Origin: Candidatus Heimdallarchaeota archaeon
GTDB taxonomy: Archaea; Asgardarchaeota; Wukongarchaeia; Wukongarchaeales; JBHIFL01
Direction: 5' to 3'
Assembly (NCBI GenBank): GCA_046761065.1
Contig: JBHIFL010000057.1
Location: 1-26,809, forward strand
Length of the DNA stretch: 26,809 nt
The notes below the pieces were generated by a model that ran no database searches, was not told where the DNA came from, and saw only the letters and a program-made list of their open reading frames with translations. A program made the translations under genes and the position numbers. Below, piece by piece: positions 16,886 through 25,706 of this stretch; within the stretch, counting starts at the first letter, position 1, and each line of letters begins with the position of its first letter.

Positions 16886-18436
16886 ATGGGACTTTCACCT
16901 TCTCAATTACTTAAACACCTACCTGAATCAATTACTAGCGAAGAAATGGCCGTTATTGATGAAAATTCTGCGAATCTTGGGATTTCGACCTCACTATTAA
17001 TGGAAAATGCCGGAGCAGAGATCGCACGGACTATTCTTGACACGTACGGGGCTGCGGGACAAAAGATTCTCATTGTTGCAGGGACAGGAAATAATGGAGG
17101 AGATGGATTTGTAGCAGCGCGGCATCTAGCCAATTTGGGTGCCGTCGTTTCGGTCTTGCTCCTAGGAAGATCTGACACCATTAGGACTTCTGAAGCACGT
17201 ATGAATTGGGACATCTTAACACAAATGACAGAATGCATCAAATTAAAAATCATGGCAAATTCTTCACAGCTTGAAATTCTAGAAGAAAAAATCAACACGG
17301 CGCACCTCCTTATTGATGCTATTCTGGGTACAGGCATACAGGGACCATTGAAGGAACCTATAGCTACTATTGTTAAGCTGATGAACGAATCGAATCTTCC
17401 CATTCTCGCAATCGACACGCCTACGGGACTCAACCCGTCCACTGGAGAAGTTCACGGGATCGCGATACGAGCCCAAATGACAGTCACGTTTCATCGTATG
17501 AAATGCGGGTTGATTGGAAAGGAAGAATATACCGGTAAAGTGGTAATTGGTAATATCGGCATTCCTATAGAAGCAGAACTGTTTACAGGACCAGGTGATG
17601 TGCGGCGTGTCACGAAACCGCGTGATCCCTATTCACATAAAGGAGACCATGGGTATGTTCTTATTGTTGGGGGGAGTACTGTCTATTCTGGTGCTCCTGC
17701 GCTTGCTGGACTGGCGGCTTTAAGAACCGGCGCAGGACTGGCTATCTTAGCTGTCCCGCAAAGTATCGCTCTTGCAGTGAAGGCATATTCTCCTGACCTC
17801 ATAATCCACCCATTAAGTGGCGATGTAGTCAATCCAAAGGATGTCTCCAAGATAGAAATGTTACTTCCACGCATGGATTCCTTAGTAATTGGACCAGGAA
17901 TTGGGCTGGCTCCCAAAACCCAGCAAACCATTCATGAAATCTTATCTATCGCACAAAAACTATCAAAACCGATTTTAATTGATGCGGACGGCATCAAAGC
18001 GTTGAAAGAACAGCTATCACTTATCCGGGGAAGTGGCACTATCCTGACTCCTCATGCGGGCGAGTTTAAAATTATTTCTGGGTTGCAGGCACAACCCCAA
18101 TGGCAAGATCGGCTTCAACCGGCCATTAAGTTTGCTAAAGAGAACGAATGCATTTTACTACTTAAAGGACATGAAACAATCATTACGGATGGTGCACGAT
18201 TCAAGGTAAATAAGACTGGCAACCCAGGGATGGCAACAGGAGGAACAGGAGATGTCCTTTCAGGCATTATAGCTACTTATTTGGCGCAACACTCTACTCC
18301 TTTTCTGGCGTCTGTAGCCGGAGCTTGGGTCCATGGGAGGTCTGGAGATCTGGCATTCCAAGAGAAAGGGTACCATCTCGTCGCATCCGACTTGATAGAA
18401 AAGATTCCTGACGTTTTGATGCCATTTGATAGGTAA
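16886..18436 (+). CDS. nnr: Bifunctional NAD(P)HX epimerase / ADP-dependent dehydratase (NnrE-NnrD, YjeF)
   Basis: LMENAG, GTGNNGGDG, DAILGTG, DTPTG, HKGDHG, GPGIG, DADG, TPHAGEF, GMATGGTGDVLSG. AGGAGGT RBS. Confidence 0.96.
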   Translation: MGLSPSQLLKHLPESITSEEMAVIDENSANLGISTSLLMENAGAEIARTILDTYGAAGQKILIVAGTGNNGGDGFVAARHLANLGAVVSVLLLGRSDTIRTSEARMNWDILTQMTECIKLKIMANSSQLEILEEKINTAHLLIDAILGTGIQGPLKEPIATIVKLMNESNLPILAIDTPTGLNPSTGEVHGIAIRAQMTVTFHRMKCGLIGKEEYTGKVVIGNIGIPIEAELFTGPGDVRRVTKPRDPYSHKGDHGYVLIVGGSTVYSGAPALAGLAALRTGAGLAILAVPQSIALAVKAYSPDLIIHPLSGDVVNPKDVSKIEMLLPRMDSLVIGPGIGLAPKTQQTIHEILSIAQKLSKPILIDADGIKALKEQLSLIRGSGTILTPHAGEFKIISGLQAQPQWQDRLQPAIKFAKENECILLLKGHETIITDGARFKVNKTGNPGMATGGTGDVLSGIIATYLAQHSTPFLASVAGAWVHGRSGDLAFQEKGYHLVASDLIEKIPDVLMPFDR

Positions 18437-18739
18437 TTTCAACTTTAACCTTCCTTTCTTTTTTAAGGAGCTATATGCATTTAGCAGGAAGTAATCCAGC
18501 TCTGATCGGCTGAATTTGTAAAATTAGGGGTATTGACTCAGAGATTATAATAAGGCGTTTAGTTCCCTTATGAGAGCGTTGCGATGAAACCCTCAAAAAT
18601 ATAGGCAATGCCATCATTTCTCTCTTATTTTACATAATATACTAGCATAACAAATGCTTTATCTCAAATGACCCGGTATATATTTTGACTTGGGCGAACA
18701 ATGGCTTTAATAGGTAGATCATTGGAGTGTGACTAGGGC

Positions 18740-20647
18740 TTGGTTCTACAGACTGTCGATTCAACTTGGAAAAAACGATTAAAGCATAAAATAACAGATG
18801 CAAAGACAGCCATTGGGAAAATTAAGCCGGGTGATCGGATTTTTCTCGGATCCGGGTGCGCAGAGCCCCAACTCCTCATGCAAACACTTCTTGATAAGGC
18901 CCGGGCGTATGCTATTGCGGATACAGAAATCCTGAAGTTTATGAGCCTAGGTCTAACGCCCTATGAAGATCAATTTAAGGATAAATTTCGCTATAATACG
19001 TTTTTTATTGGCTCCGATGGATGTCGTAATGCCGTCGCAGAAGCCCGAGCGGACTACACGCCCATGAGATTTTCCGAAATTCCTGATTTGTTTAAATCTG
19101 GTCAGATTCCAATCGATGTGGCATTGATCCAAGTTACTCCGCCTGATACCGATGATCAATGTAGCCTAGGGGTTTCGGTGGATATTGTCAAGGCTGCGGT
19201 AGAAAATGCTAAGTTTGTGGTTGCTGAAGCGAACCAGAAAATGCCTCGAGTTCATGGGGATAGCTATGTAAGTACCGAGCAAATAGACCTCTTTGTTCCC
19301 AACAATCAACCTATCATTGAAGTCAATCAGCTCAAGCCGTCCCCCGATCCTGTCGTCTATGAAATCGGCAGACATGTTGCGCAGCTTATTGAAGATGAAA
19401 GTACCTTCCATGTAGGCGCCGGTCGAACAGTCAATGCGATCCTGTCCTGCCTTGAGGAAAAAAGGGACTTGGGTATTCATACGTGCGCAGTGACTGATAG
19501 CATCGTCGAGCTAATAGAACATGGAGTGGTCACAAATACGAAAAAGACTTTGCATCCCCATATAACGATCGGTAGCTACGCGATGGGAACTAAGCATCTC
19601 TATAACTTCCTCGATGATAACCCTGCTGTCGAACTTTGGCCCGGTGACTATGTCAGTGATCCATGGGTCATCTGTAAAAACCAAAAAATGGTTACCCTGA
19701 CCTCAGCGTTCGAAGTTGACCTGACTGGTCAAATCTGCTCAACTAGCCTTGGACCTCTCATTTACTCCGGAATTGGTGGTGCTGTCGATTTTATTCAAGG
19801 CGCTGCGCGATCAAAAGGCGGTAAATCAATTGTTGCCCTACCATCCACAACTCGAGATGGAAAGAAGTCTCGTATAGTATTCCGCCTTTCAGATGGTGCT
19901 GGGGTGATGATCCCTCGTTGCGATGTTCACTATGTCGTCACCGAGTGGGGAGTCGCGTATCTTCATGGGAAGAGTCTCCGCGAACGAATTCTGACTATGA
20001 TTTCTATTGCTGCGCCACGGTTCAGAGCGGAGCTTTTACAAGAGGCCAAAAAATATGGGTATATCTACCCACACCAAATTGAACCACCCGGGTACGCCAT
20101 TTACCCAGAGAAATGGCAAACCACCCTCCCACTTGATAGTGGCATAACGATCCACTTTCGACCCGTTCGTCCTGACGATGAATCCGCAGTGAAAGAATTT
20201 TTTTATGCGATCTCCCCAGAATCTCGCTACTTGCGCTTCATGCGACCTCTCCGAATCATGTCACAACGTCAAATTCAAGAGTTTGCAAATATTGATTATG
20301 GGGAACATATGACCATTATCGGGGTAATTCAAGAAGAGGAGACTGCGCGGGAAAAAGTCATAGCTATGGGCAATTATTACGTGCTCCCTGAAAGTGAGCT
20401 CTTTGTGTTACCCACGGGCAATCTCGCTGAAGTCTCGCTCTTGGTTTTAGACAAATTCCAAAACCAAGGCATTGGAACTTTTCTCCTCGAGTTTCTGGGT
20501 CAAATTGCCCAATCATTTGGAATTCGCGGTTTTGTGGCGGAAATATTATTTGAAAACACCAAAGTGTTGCACGTTATTGAGAAAACTAACTTAAAAGTCA
20601 CTCGGAAAGTTGGAGAGGGTATTTACCAAGTGCAGATGACATTTTGA
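18740..20647 (+). CDS. Acetyl-CoA hydrolase/4-hydroxybutyrate CoA-transferase-like domains fused to a Pat-type GNAT acetyltransferase
   Basis: GRADY-like ARADYTP, SLGVSVD, EVDLTGQ, SGIGG.VDF, VVTEWG. C-terminal RPVRPDD, SPESRYLRF, AEVSLLV..FQNQGIGT. TTG start. Confidence 0.9.
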   Translation: MVLQTVDSTWKKRLKHKITDAKTAIGKIKPGDRIFLGSGCAEPQLLMQTLLDKARAYAIADTEILKFMSLGLTPYEDQFKDKFRYNTFFIGSDGCRNAVAEARADYTPMRFSEIPDLFKSGQIPIDVALIQVTPPDTDDQCSLGVSVDIVKAAVENAKFVVAEANQKMPRVHGDSYVSTEQIDLFVPNNQPIIEVNQLKPSPDPVVYEIGRHVAQLIEDESTFHVGAGRTVNAILSCLEEKRDLGIHTCAVTDSIVELIEHGVVTNTKKTLHPHITIGSYAMGTKHLYNFLDDNPAVELWPGDYVSDPWVICKNQKMVTLTSAFEVDLTGQICSTSLGPLIYSGIGGAVDFIQGAARSKGGKSIVALPSTTRDGKKSRIVFRLSDGAGVMIPRCDVHYVVTEWGVAYLHGKSLRERILTMISIAAPRFRAELLQEAKKYGYIYPHQIEPPGYAIYPEKWQTTLPLDSGITIHFRPVRPDDESAVKEFFYAISPESRYLRFMRPLRIMSQRQIQEFANIDYGEHMTIIGVIQEEETAREKVIAMGNYYVLPESELFVLPTGNLAEVSLLVLDKFQNQGIGTFLLEFLGQIAQSFGIRGFVAEILFENTKVLHVIEKTNLKVTRKVGEGIYQVQMTF

Positions 20648-20849
20648 TCCAAAAACTCTTTTTTAAAAATTTGTTTTTGATTAATAAATCGACGAATCTT
20701 TATATAAGATAGCTGTGATGGAACAAGTACAACTTTCTGGAAAATTTTTTAAAACAATAAATTCTATCTTGATGCAAATCCTTTCTAATTACTATCAAAT
20801 AAGATATAAACGTATAAATGCATGTTAGAAATGTGGAGGCAAATATTTA

Positions 20850-21344
20850 ATGAGCCCACTAGTTTCAATTCTCTACATCTGTGATTTTTGTAAAGCAATA
20901 CGACAATTCGACGTTTCAATGGACAAACTCGAGTCAGAGGGAGGTCTCTATAAGGTAAAAGATGCACACGAGAATCATGAAGTAATTCTATATCTCAATT
21001 CCCAATACGAACTCGAAAGGGTAACAACCGATCCTCCTGCTCCCGCGGTGGAGGAGCCGATCATTAAAAGTCTTGCTGTTATTGAAGCTGAAAAAGGCCT
21101 TAAAGAACCAGAACGCTTTACGTGGGCAAATAGGATCTTTATTCCAACCAAAGAGATTCACCGAATTCCTGTTCATGAATTCCATAAATTAGTTGTGCTT
21201 AATATGGATGGCAAGAACACTCTCGCAGACATTCTCAAAAAGCTTAGAGTTGATCAGCCTGATCTCGCCCCCGAATATCTAGTGAGAATTGTCCACAGCC
21301 TTAAAATCAGAGGGTGGGTCCGAGAGAAGGGAAGCATGGAATAG
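20850..21344 (+). CDS. Hypothetical protein: CxxC/HxxH putative Zn domain plus C-terminal winged-helix-like domain
   Basis: CDFC...DAHENHEVILY, a Pro-rich linker, then MDGKNTLADI...IVHSLKIRGWV. Confidence 0.7.
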   Translation: MSPLVSILYICDFCKAIRQFDVSMDKLESEGGLYKVKDAHENHEVILYLNSQYELERVTTDPPAPAVEEPIIKSLAVIEAEKGLKEPERFTWANRIFIPTKEIHRIPVHEFHKLVVLNMDGKNTLADILKKLRVDQPDLAPEYLVRIVHSLKIRGWVREKGSME

Positions 21345-21660
21345 CATAGGGGAGGAGCGGGCTGGAACAAAACAAAAGACCGGAAAAATCGTGAAAAAGG
21401 GAAGATAAAGTCAAACACTTTCTTATGGATAATTTATCTTCTCGAAGTTGAATTTAAAATGTATTTGTCTAAAAAAAGAGAATCTATTTACTCAGTAACA
21501 TGAAGTAAAAGTCCTCCTATCGAAGTTATACACCATATTTTGATGATAAATGAAGTCTGAAGAAAGAAACAATGGACTTTTGACAGAGAAAAGATAAAGA
21601 AGATATATTGATCCGAAAAAAAGGTAGAGGAGTTTTAACCCCTCCCTCAAAATTCTCGCC

Positions 21661-21676
21661 CCTAAATTTTTAAATA
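21661..21676 (+). promoter_or_regulatory. Archaeal TATA promoter of the M24 gene
   Basis: CCTAAATT-TTTAAATA, 35 nt before ATG 21711, with a GAGGT RBS in between. Confidence 0.6.
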
Positions 21677-21710
21677 GACAAAAACTTGTTATTCAAAAGA
21701 GGTTTAGGCA

Positions 21711-22913
21711 ATGAGTGTTGACTATGATAGATTGCATAAGGATCGAGTGACTAAAGCTCGACAAGTAATGAAAAAATTAGATCTCGATGCTTTTATAGCA
21801 ACAACACTTGAGAACGTTTGGTACGTTGCGAATAGGAGGCCCTTCTGGGTCCTAGGTTGGATGCCCAATGCCATGGCAGTTCTTCCTAAGGAAGGGGCTG
21901 CTGTTTTCCTGCATGCGGATGATTTTGTAGCTCCAACATCTCATTGGGAAAATGAAGGTAGAACCCTTGCAAACGAGTATCAAGGCATAAATCACTATTC
22001 AGTGTGGAATCCAGTACTTGCTACGGACATTTGGACTAGATGGTTGAAACAAAGCTTGGATTCGCTTGGAATTAAAAGAGGAAGGCTTGGTTTAGACGCG
22101 GCTCCTTGGCAATGGTATGCATCTTTCAAGAAAACCTTGCCTGACTTTGAGATCGTTGATGCGGAAGAGGAAATAATCTACGCACGCGCAATAAAGACTC
22201 CGGATGAAATAACCCTACTTAAAAAAGCAAACGAAGTAGCTAGCAGGGGTATTGAAGCAGGATTGGAGGCAATAAAGGCAGGAGTTCGAGAGTACGAGGT
22301 ATTTGGTGCCTTCATGGGCGAACTTTATCGGCACGGATCCGAAGGGGATGGGTTTTGGCCTTTCTTGACTTCAGGTCCAGTCAAAGAAGGAGCTCTCTAT
22401 CCTACTAATCGAATGATCCAAGAAGGAGATGCTGTAGTTCTCGATATGGGCCCGATCCTAGAAGGGTATAATGGCGATTGCATGAGAACCGCGTTCGTTG
22501 GCAAGCCGACTGAAGATTTCAAAGAGATGTATAAGGTCAACTACGACTCTATGTACGCTGCGATTAATACCGCAAGACCGGGAGCCACGGCTTCTGATTG
22601 TTATGAAGCTGCAGCCCAAGTTTACCGAGAAGCAGGGTACCCTGAACCACGATTTGACTTTGGGCATGGAATCGGACTAAGCTGTTGCGAGATGCCAACG
22701 CTTGTGAAGAAAGACGCTTACGATTGGATCGGTGGACCGGCTCGCAGAGATATTGAGTTGAAGCCTGGCATGTGTTTTTCAGTTGAACCAAGAATCTATA
22801 AGTACGTTGATGCAAATACATTCATACAGGCTGCATTGGAAGAAATTTTGGTTGTCACGGACACTGGTCGAGAAGTGATGACCTCAGCTCGTTTTATTGA
22901 TGAATTACTCTAA
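21711..22913 (+). CDS. M24 (pita-bread fold) Xaa-Pro-peptidase-like hydrolase with creatinase-type N-domain
   Basis: RAIKTPDEI, LDMG..GYNGDCMRT, GHGIGL, FSVEP, LEEILVVT. Confidence 0.88.
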   Translation: MSVDYDRLHKDRVTKARQVMKKLDLDAFIATTLENVWYVANRRPFWVLGWMPNAMAVLPKEGAAVFLHADDFVAPTSHWENEGRTLANEYQGINHYSVWNPVLATDIWTRWLKQSLDSLGIKRGRLGLDAAPWQWYASFKKTLPDFEIVDAEEEIIYARAIKTPDEITLLKKANEVASRGIEAGLEAIKAGVREYEVFGAFMGELYRHGSEGDGFWPFLTSGPVKEGALYPTNRMIQEGDAVVLDMGPILEGYNGDCMRTAFVGKPTEDFKEMYKVNYDSMYAAINTARPGATASDCYEAAAQVYREAGYPEPRFDFGHGIGLSCCEMPTLVKKDAYDWIGGPARRDIELKPGMCFSVEPRIYKYVDANTFIQAALEEILVVTDTGREVMTSARFIDELL

Positions 22914-22923
22914 GGATGCCAAG

Positions 22924-22957
22924 TCCTTCCCTTCTTCCCTTCTCTTTTTTCCTTCCC
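22924..22957 (+). terminator. 34-nt pure pyrimidine tract between convergent genes, probable terminator
   Basis: tccttcccttcttcccttctcttttttccttccc begins 11 nt after the M24 stop codon. Confidence 0.55.
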
Positions 22958-22988
22958 ATTTTCGAAATAGAAATACAAATATAATTTT

Positions 22989-23408
22989 TTACTCTTCAGG
23001 TAACAGATCGAGTTGTTGCAGGATTGTTGCCGCATCGTAGTATTCAATGATTCGAGAAATCTTTCCTTCATGAAGCTTGAAGAGATAAGCGATTCTTAAC
23101 TTGACCACTTTATCGGTACCAGGGATTCCTCTGAATTCCTCTTTATGTGTTCCTTCCCAAATTATCTCAAAGAGTACCTGATCTCCTCCAGTAACACGGT
23201 TAATAATAGCACTCTTACAGTCTGGAAATGCGTAGAACAATTCTCTGTAGGCTTCGGTGATCGCTTTTTTCCCTGCGAAAACTTCAGGTTCAGGTACCTC
23301 ATCTGCTACTGCATCATCTGTATAGAATGATTCCATTTCTTCTAAATCATACCGATTCATGGCATCCATCCAATTTTCAATAATTCTAAGATTTTCTTCC
23401 GAATTCAA
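22989..23408 (-). CDS. SnoaL-like / NTF2-fold ester cyclase family protein
   Basis: AFPD, WEGTHKEEFRGIPGT, GKISRIIEYYD...LQQL. TTG start. Confidence 0.88.
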   Translation of the reverse strand: MNSEENLRIIENWMDAMNRYDLEEMESFYTDDAVADEVPEPEVFAGKKAITEAYRELFYAFPDCKSAIINRVTGGDQVLFEIIWEGTHKEEFRGIPGTDKVVKLRIAYLFKLHEGKISRIIEYYDAATILQQLDLLPEE

Positions 23409-23700
23409 GGAGGTGGCTTCCTAATTTATATTTGAGACTTCGATCAAATCAATTGCTATCAAATATAAAGTTTGGCGTGATTCAGAGAAAGAAGTTTATT
23501 TAGTTCGGTATGCGCATCCTAAATGAGAATGACCAATGTAGTCCAGAAAGATTAGCTTGTTAGAAAATGGTATTCTTTGAATCTTATTAGAATTCTAGCT
23601 AAGTCCTGTTCTAACCTCCCAAAATATTTTGGAACCCCGTTCCTTCCGAGAGAAATATTAATTAATCCCTCGAGTGGATAACGCACCCCTAGGTGTTATT

Positions 23701-24531
23701 ATGACTAACCAAGAGGAAATTTTGAAAAATCCCTTATTTACCGATTTGCGGAAAACTGGGCACACAGCTGAACAAGACATCAATACTTGGTCTCAAGGAA
23801 TGGCAATTCATAATTCAAATCTCCTCGAAGCCTTAAAAGAAGTACAGCCTTCTACACGCGAAAGGATTTTGAAAGACATTTGGTCTGAGGTTGCTGTATA
23901 TGTACCTGAAAAGGTAAAGAAGGCCCTAAGTTTAGATGTCGAGATAAATGTGGACAAAATAAACGAATTTATGAGCCAGATGTTGGCGGATCCCAATTTC
24001 TGGGCAATTAAAGGTGTTGGGGATACAATAGAAGAAGCAATCCTCAATTGGGTTAATTCATTTGCGGTTTACGATTTTTCCATATACACTTACCTCGAGA
24101 AACACTTGGGTTCCAAAGACTGTATGAGAATCTACATGGGGCTCTGGGAAAGCTTTGCACTCGGCGCATTGGATCATGTGAAACAAGCATTTGGAATTAC
24201 TGAGGACATAGATATTGACATGGATCTGATAGGTAAAATCTCAAAAGCCTATTGGGAAAGCATTGCTTGCCCCTACAAGGTGATTCGGCACAGTACAGAA
24301 GTGCATGAAGCAGAGATCGAGGATTGTCCTTATTGGCAAAATATGAAAGTGATCCTGGGTGAGGAAAAAGCACGTTCCATGACCCTAAAATGCGAGGCAG
24401 CGGTCTCAGTAAACTACTATGATGCCATCCTAAAAGCACTCGGCGTCTTTGACAAATATTCGTTTACTATGGATAAATTCCAATGCTGTGGTGATGAGAA
24501 TTGCAGAGTTCGTTTCGAATTACGAAAGTAA
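23701..24531 (+). CDS. V4R/ATC-hydrolase-like protein with duplicated N-terminal helical unit
   Basis: C-terminal EIEDCPYW...KCE...CCGDENCRVRFE resembles the V4R/ATC-hydrolase Cys pattern. ATG 23701 after AGGTG. Confidence 0.65.
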   Translation: MTNQEEILKNPLFTDLRKTGHTAEQDINTWSQGMAIHNSNLLEALKEVQPSTRERILKDIWSEVAVYVPEKVKKALSLDVEINVDKINEFMSQMLADPNFWAIKGVGDTIEEAILNWVNSFAVYDFSIYTYLEKHLGSKDCMRIYMGLWESFALGALDHVKQAFGITEDIDIDMDLIGKISKAYWESIACPYKVIRHSTEVHEAEIEDCPYWQNMKVILGEEKARSMTLKCEAAVSVNYYDAILKALGVFDKYSFTMDKFQCCGDENCRVRFELRK

Positions 24532-24616
24532 ACCACTATCCAGTAAATCAACACAAGGGTTGGGTTTGTTACCATGGATTAGTTTCTCTCACAAAAAAGA
24601 TATAGAGGATTTCGAA

Positions 24617-25390
24617 TTGCCTTTGACAAATTTTATAGACGAAGCATGGAGAGTTGTTGATTACTCTAAAGATCAAGGATTAACGTTAAGAGTGCTAGGA
24701 GCTTTGGCCTTTCGAATCCACTGTTCCCAATGGACTCCCTTGCATGTAGCTTTGGGACGAGAAATAACCGATATCGACTTTATAGCTAATGGTGAACATA
24801 GGAAAGATGTAATTGAACTGTTAAAGGGACTTGGCTACGTGATGAATAGAGATCAACTCAGACTCATGAGATTATATCGCAGATATATGCTTGATGACCC
24901 AGACAACGACCGTCATATTGATGTGTTTTTCGATAAGCTTGATTATTGTCATACGATAGAGCTCAAACAGCGACTTGAAATTGACTATCCAACCATTTCT
25001 CTGGGAGATCTCATGCTGGAAAAGCTTCAAATTGTAGAACTTAACGAGAAGGATGTGATCGATGTCATTGTACTCCTGAGGGAGCATGAGGTTGGTGATG
25101 ATGACGAAGAAACTGTCAATAGTGAATACATTTCGGAAATACTTGCAATAGATTGGGGGTTCTACTATACTGCAACTACAAATTTAAAGAAAATCCGAGA
25201 GTATCTCCTTAATCATAAAACTATGAAGAATATAGACAAAAAGATTGTAGAAACGAAAATTAATCGATTGTGTGAGCATATCGAGGAAACTCCGAAGTCA
25301 AAAAAATGGAGGATGCGCGCAACGGTGGGTACGAAGAGAAAATGGTACAAAGACGTCTATGGGGGAGATATTAGCACTAAGAGAGTCTAA
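24617..25390 (+). CDS. Pol-beta-superfamily nucleotidyltransferase, paralog 3
   Basis: LRVLGALA...REITDIDF, HIDVFFD, LEKLQIVELNEKDVID, DWGFYY, KWRMRATVGTKRKWY. TTG 24617 after GAGGA matches the length of paralog 2. Confidence 0.78.
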   Translation: MPLTNFIDEAWRVVDYSKDQGLTLRVLGALAFRIHCSQWTPLHVALGREITDIDFIANGEHRKDVIELLKGLGYVMNRDQLRLMRLYRRYMLDDPDNDRHIDVFFDKLDYCHTIELKQRLEIDYPTISLGDLMLEKLQIVELNEKDVIDVIVLLREHEVGDDDEETVNSEYISEILAIDWGFYYTATTNLKKIREYLLNHKTMKNIDKKIVETKINRLCEHIEETPKSKKWRMRATVGTKRKWYKDVYGGDISTKRV

Positions 25391-25706
25391 TTTACTTGAA
25401 CGGCAAATGGACTTAGGTTACAAGAAAATGGATTTTGATTCTACTGGAGCAGAACTTTTTATAATTTACATGCAATTCATGCAAAGTATAACATTTATTT
25501 GCGTGAAAATATTTTGTCTCGTAAAGATAATTCATAATATGAACTAATTCCAATTTAGAAGGTTAATAACATATTACAAGATTAAATTTCTCTATAGTTT
25601 TTAAGGAAAAGTATTTGTAAATTCGTGTTACTGGTTTGATAATTAAGCTGCTGGTCACATGTTCTTTCAGAACGGAATGGCTTCCCATAGCTTATGAGGG
25701 TTTCAA

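Noticed and set aside
16903-17931. Long antisense ORFs within nnr
   Set aside because: Typical shadow frames of a well-conserved gene.
22926-22942. 17-nt pyrimidine mirror repeat as possible H-DNA
   Set aside because: Short and adequately explained as part of a terminator tract.
24449-24616. N-terminal extension of NTase 3 in the ORF track
   Set aside because: Overlaps the upstream gene and is absent from the paralogs. TTG 24617 has a GAGGA RBS.
25391-25706. AT-rich gap between NTase 3 and MPE 3, with short ORFs 25272-25547 and 25692-25898
   Set aside because: No convincing ORF, hairpin or repeat beyond a short CATGCAA duplication.
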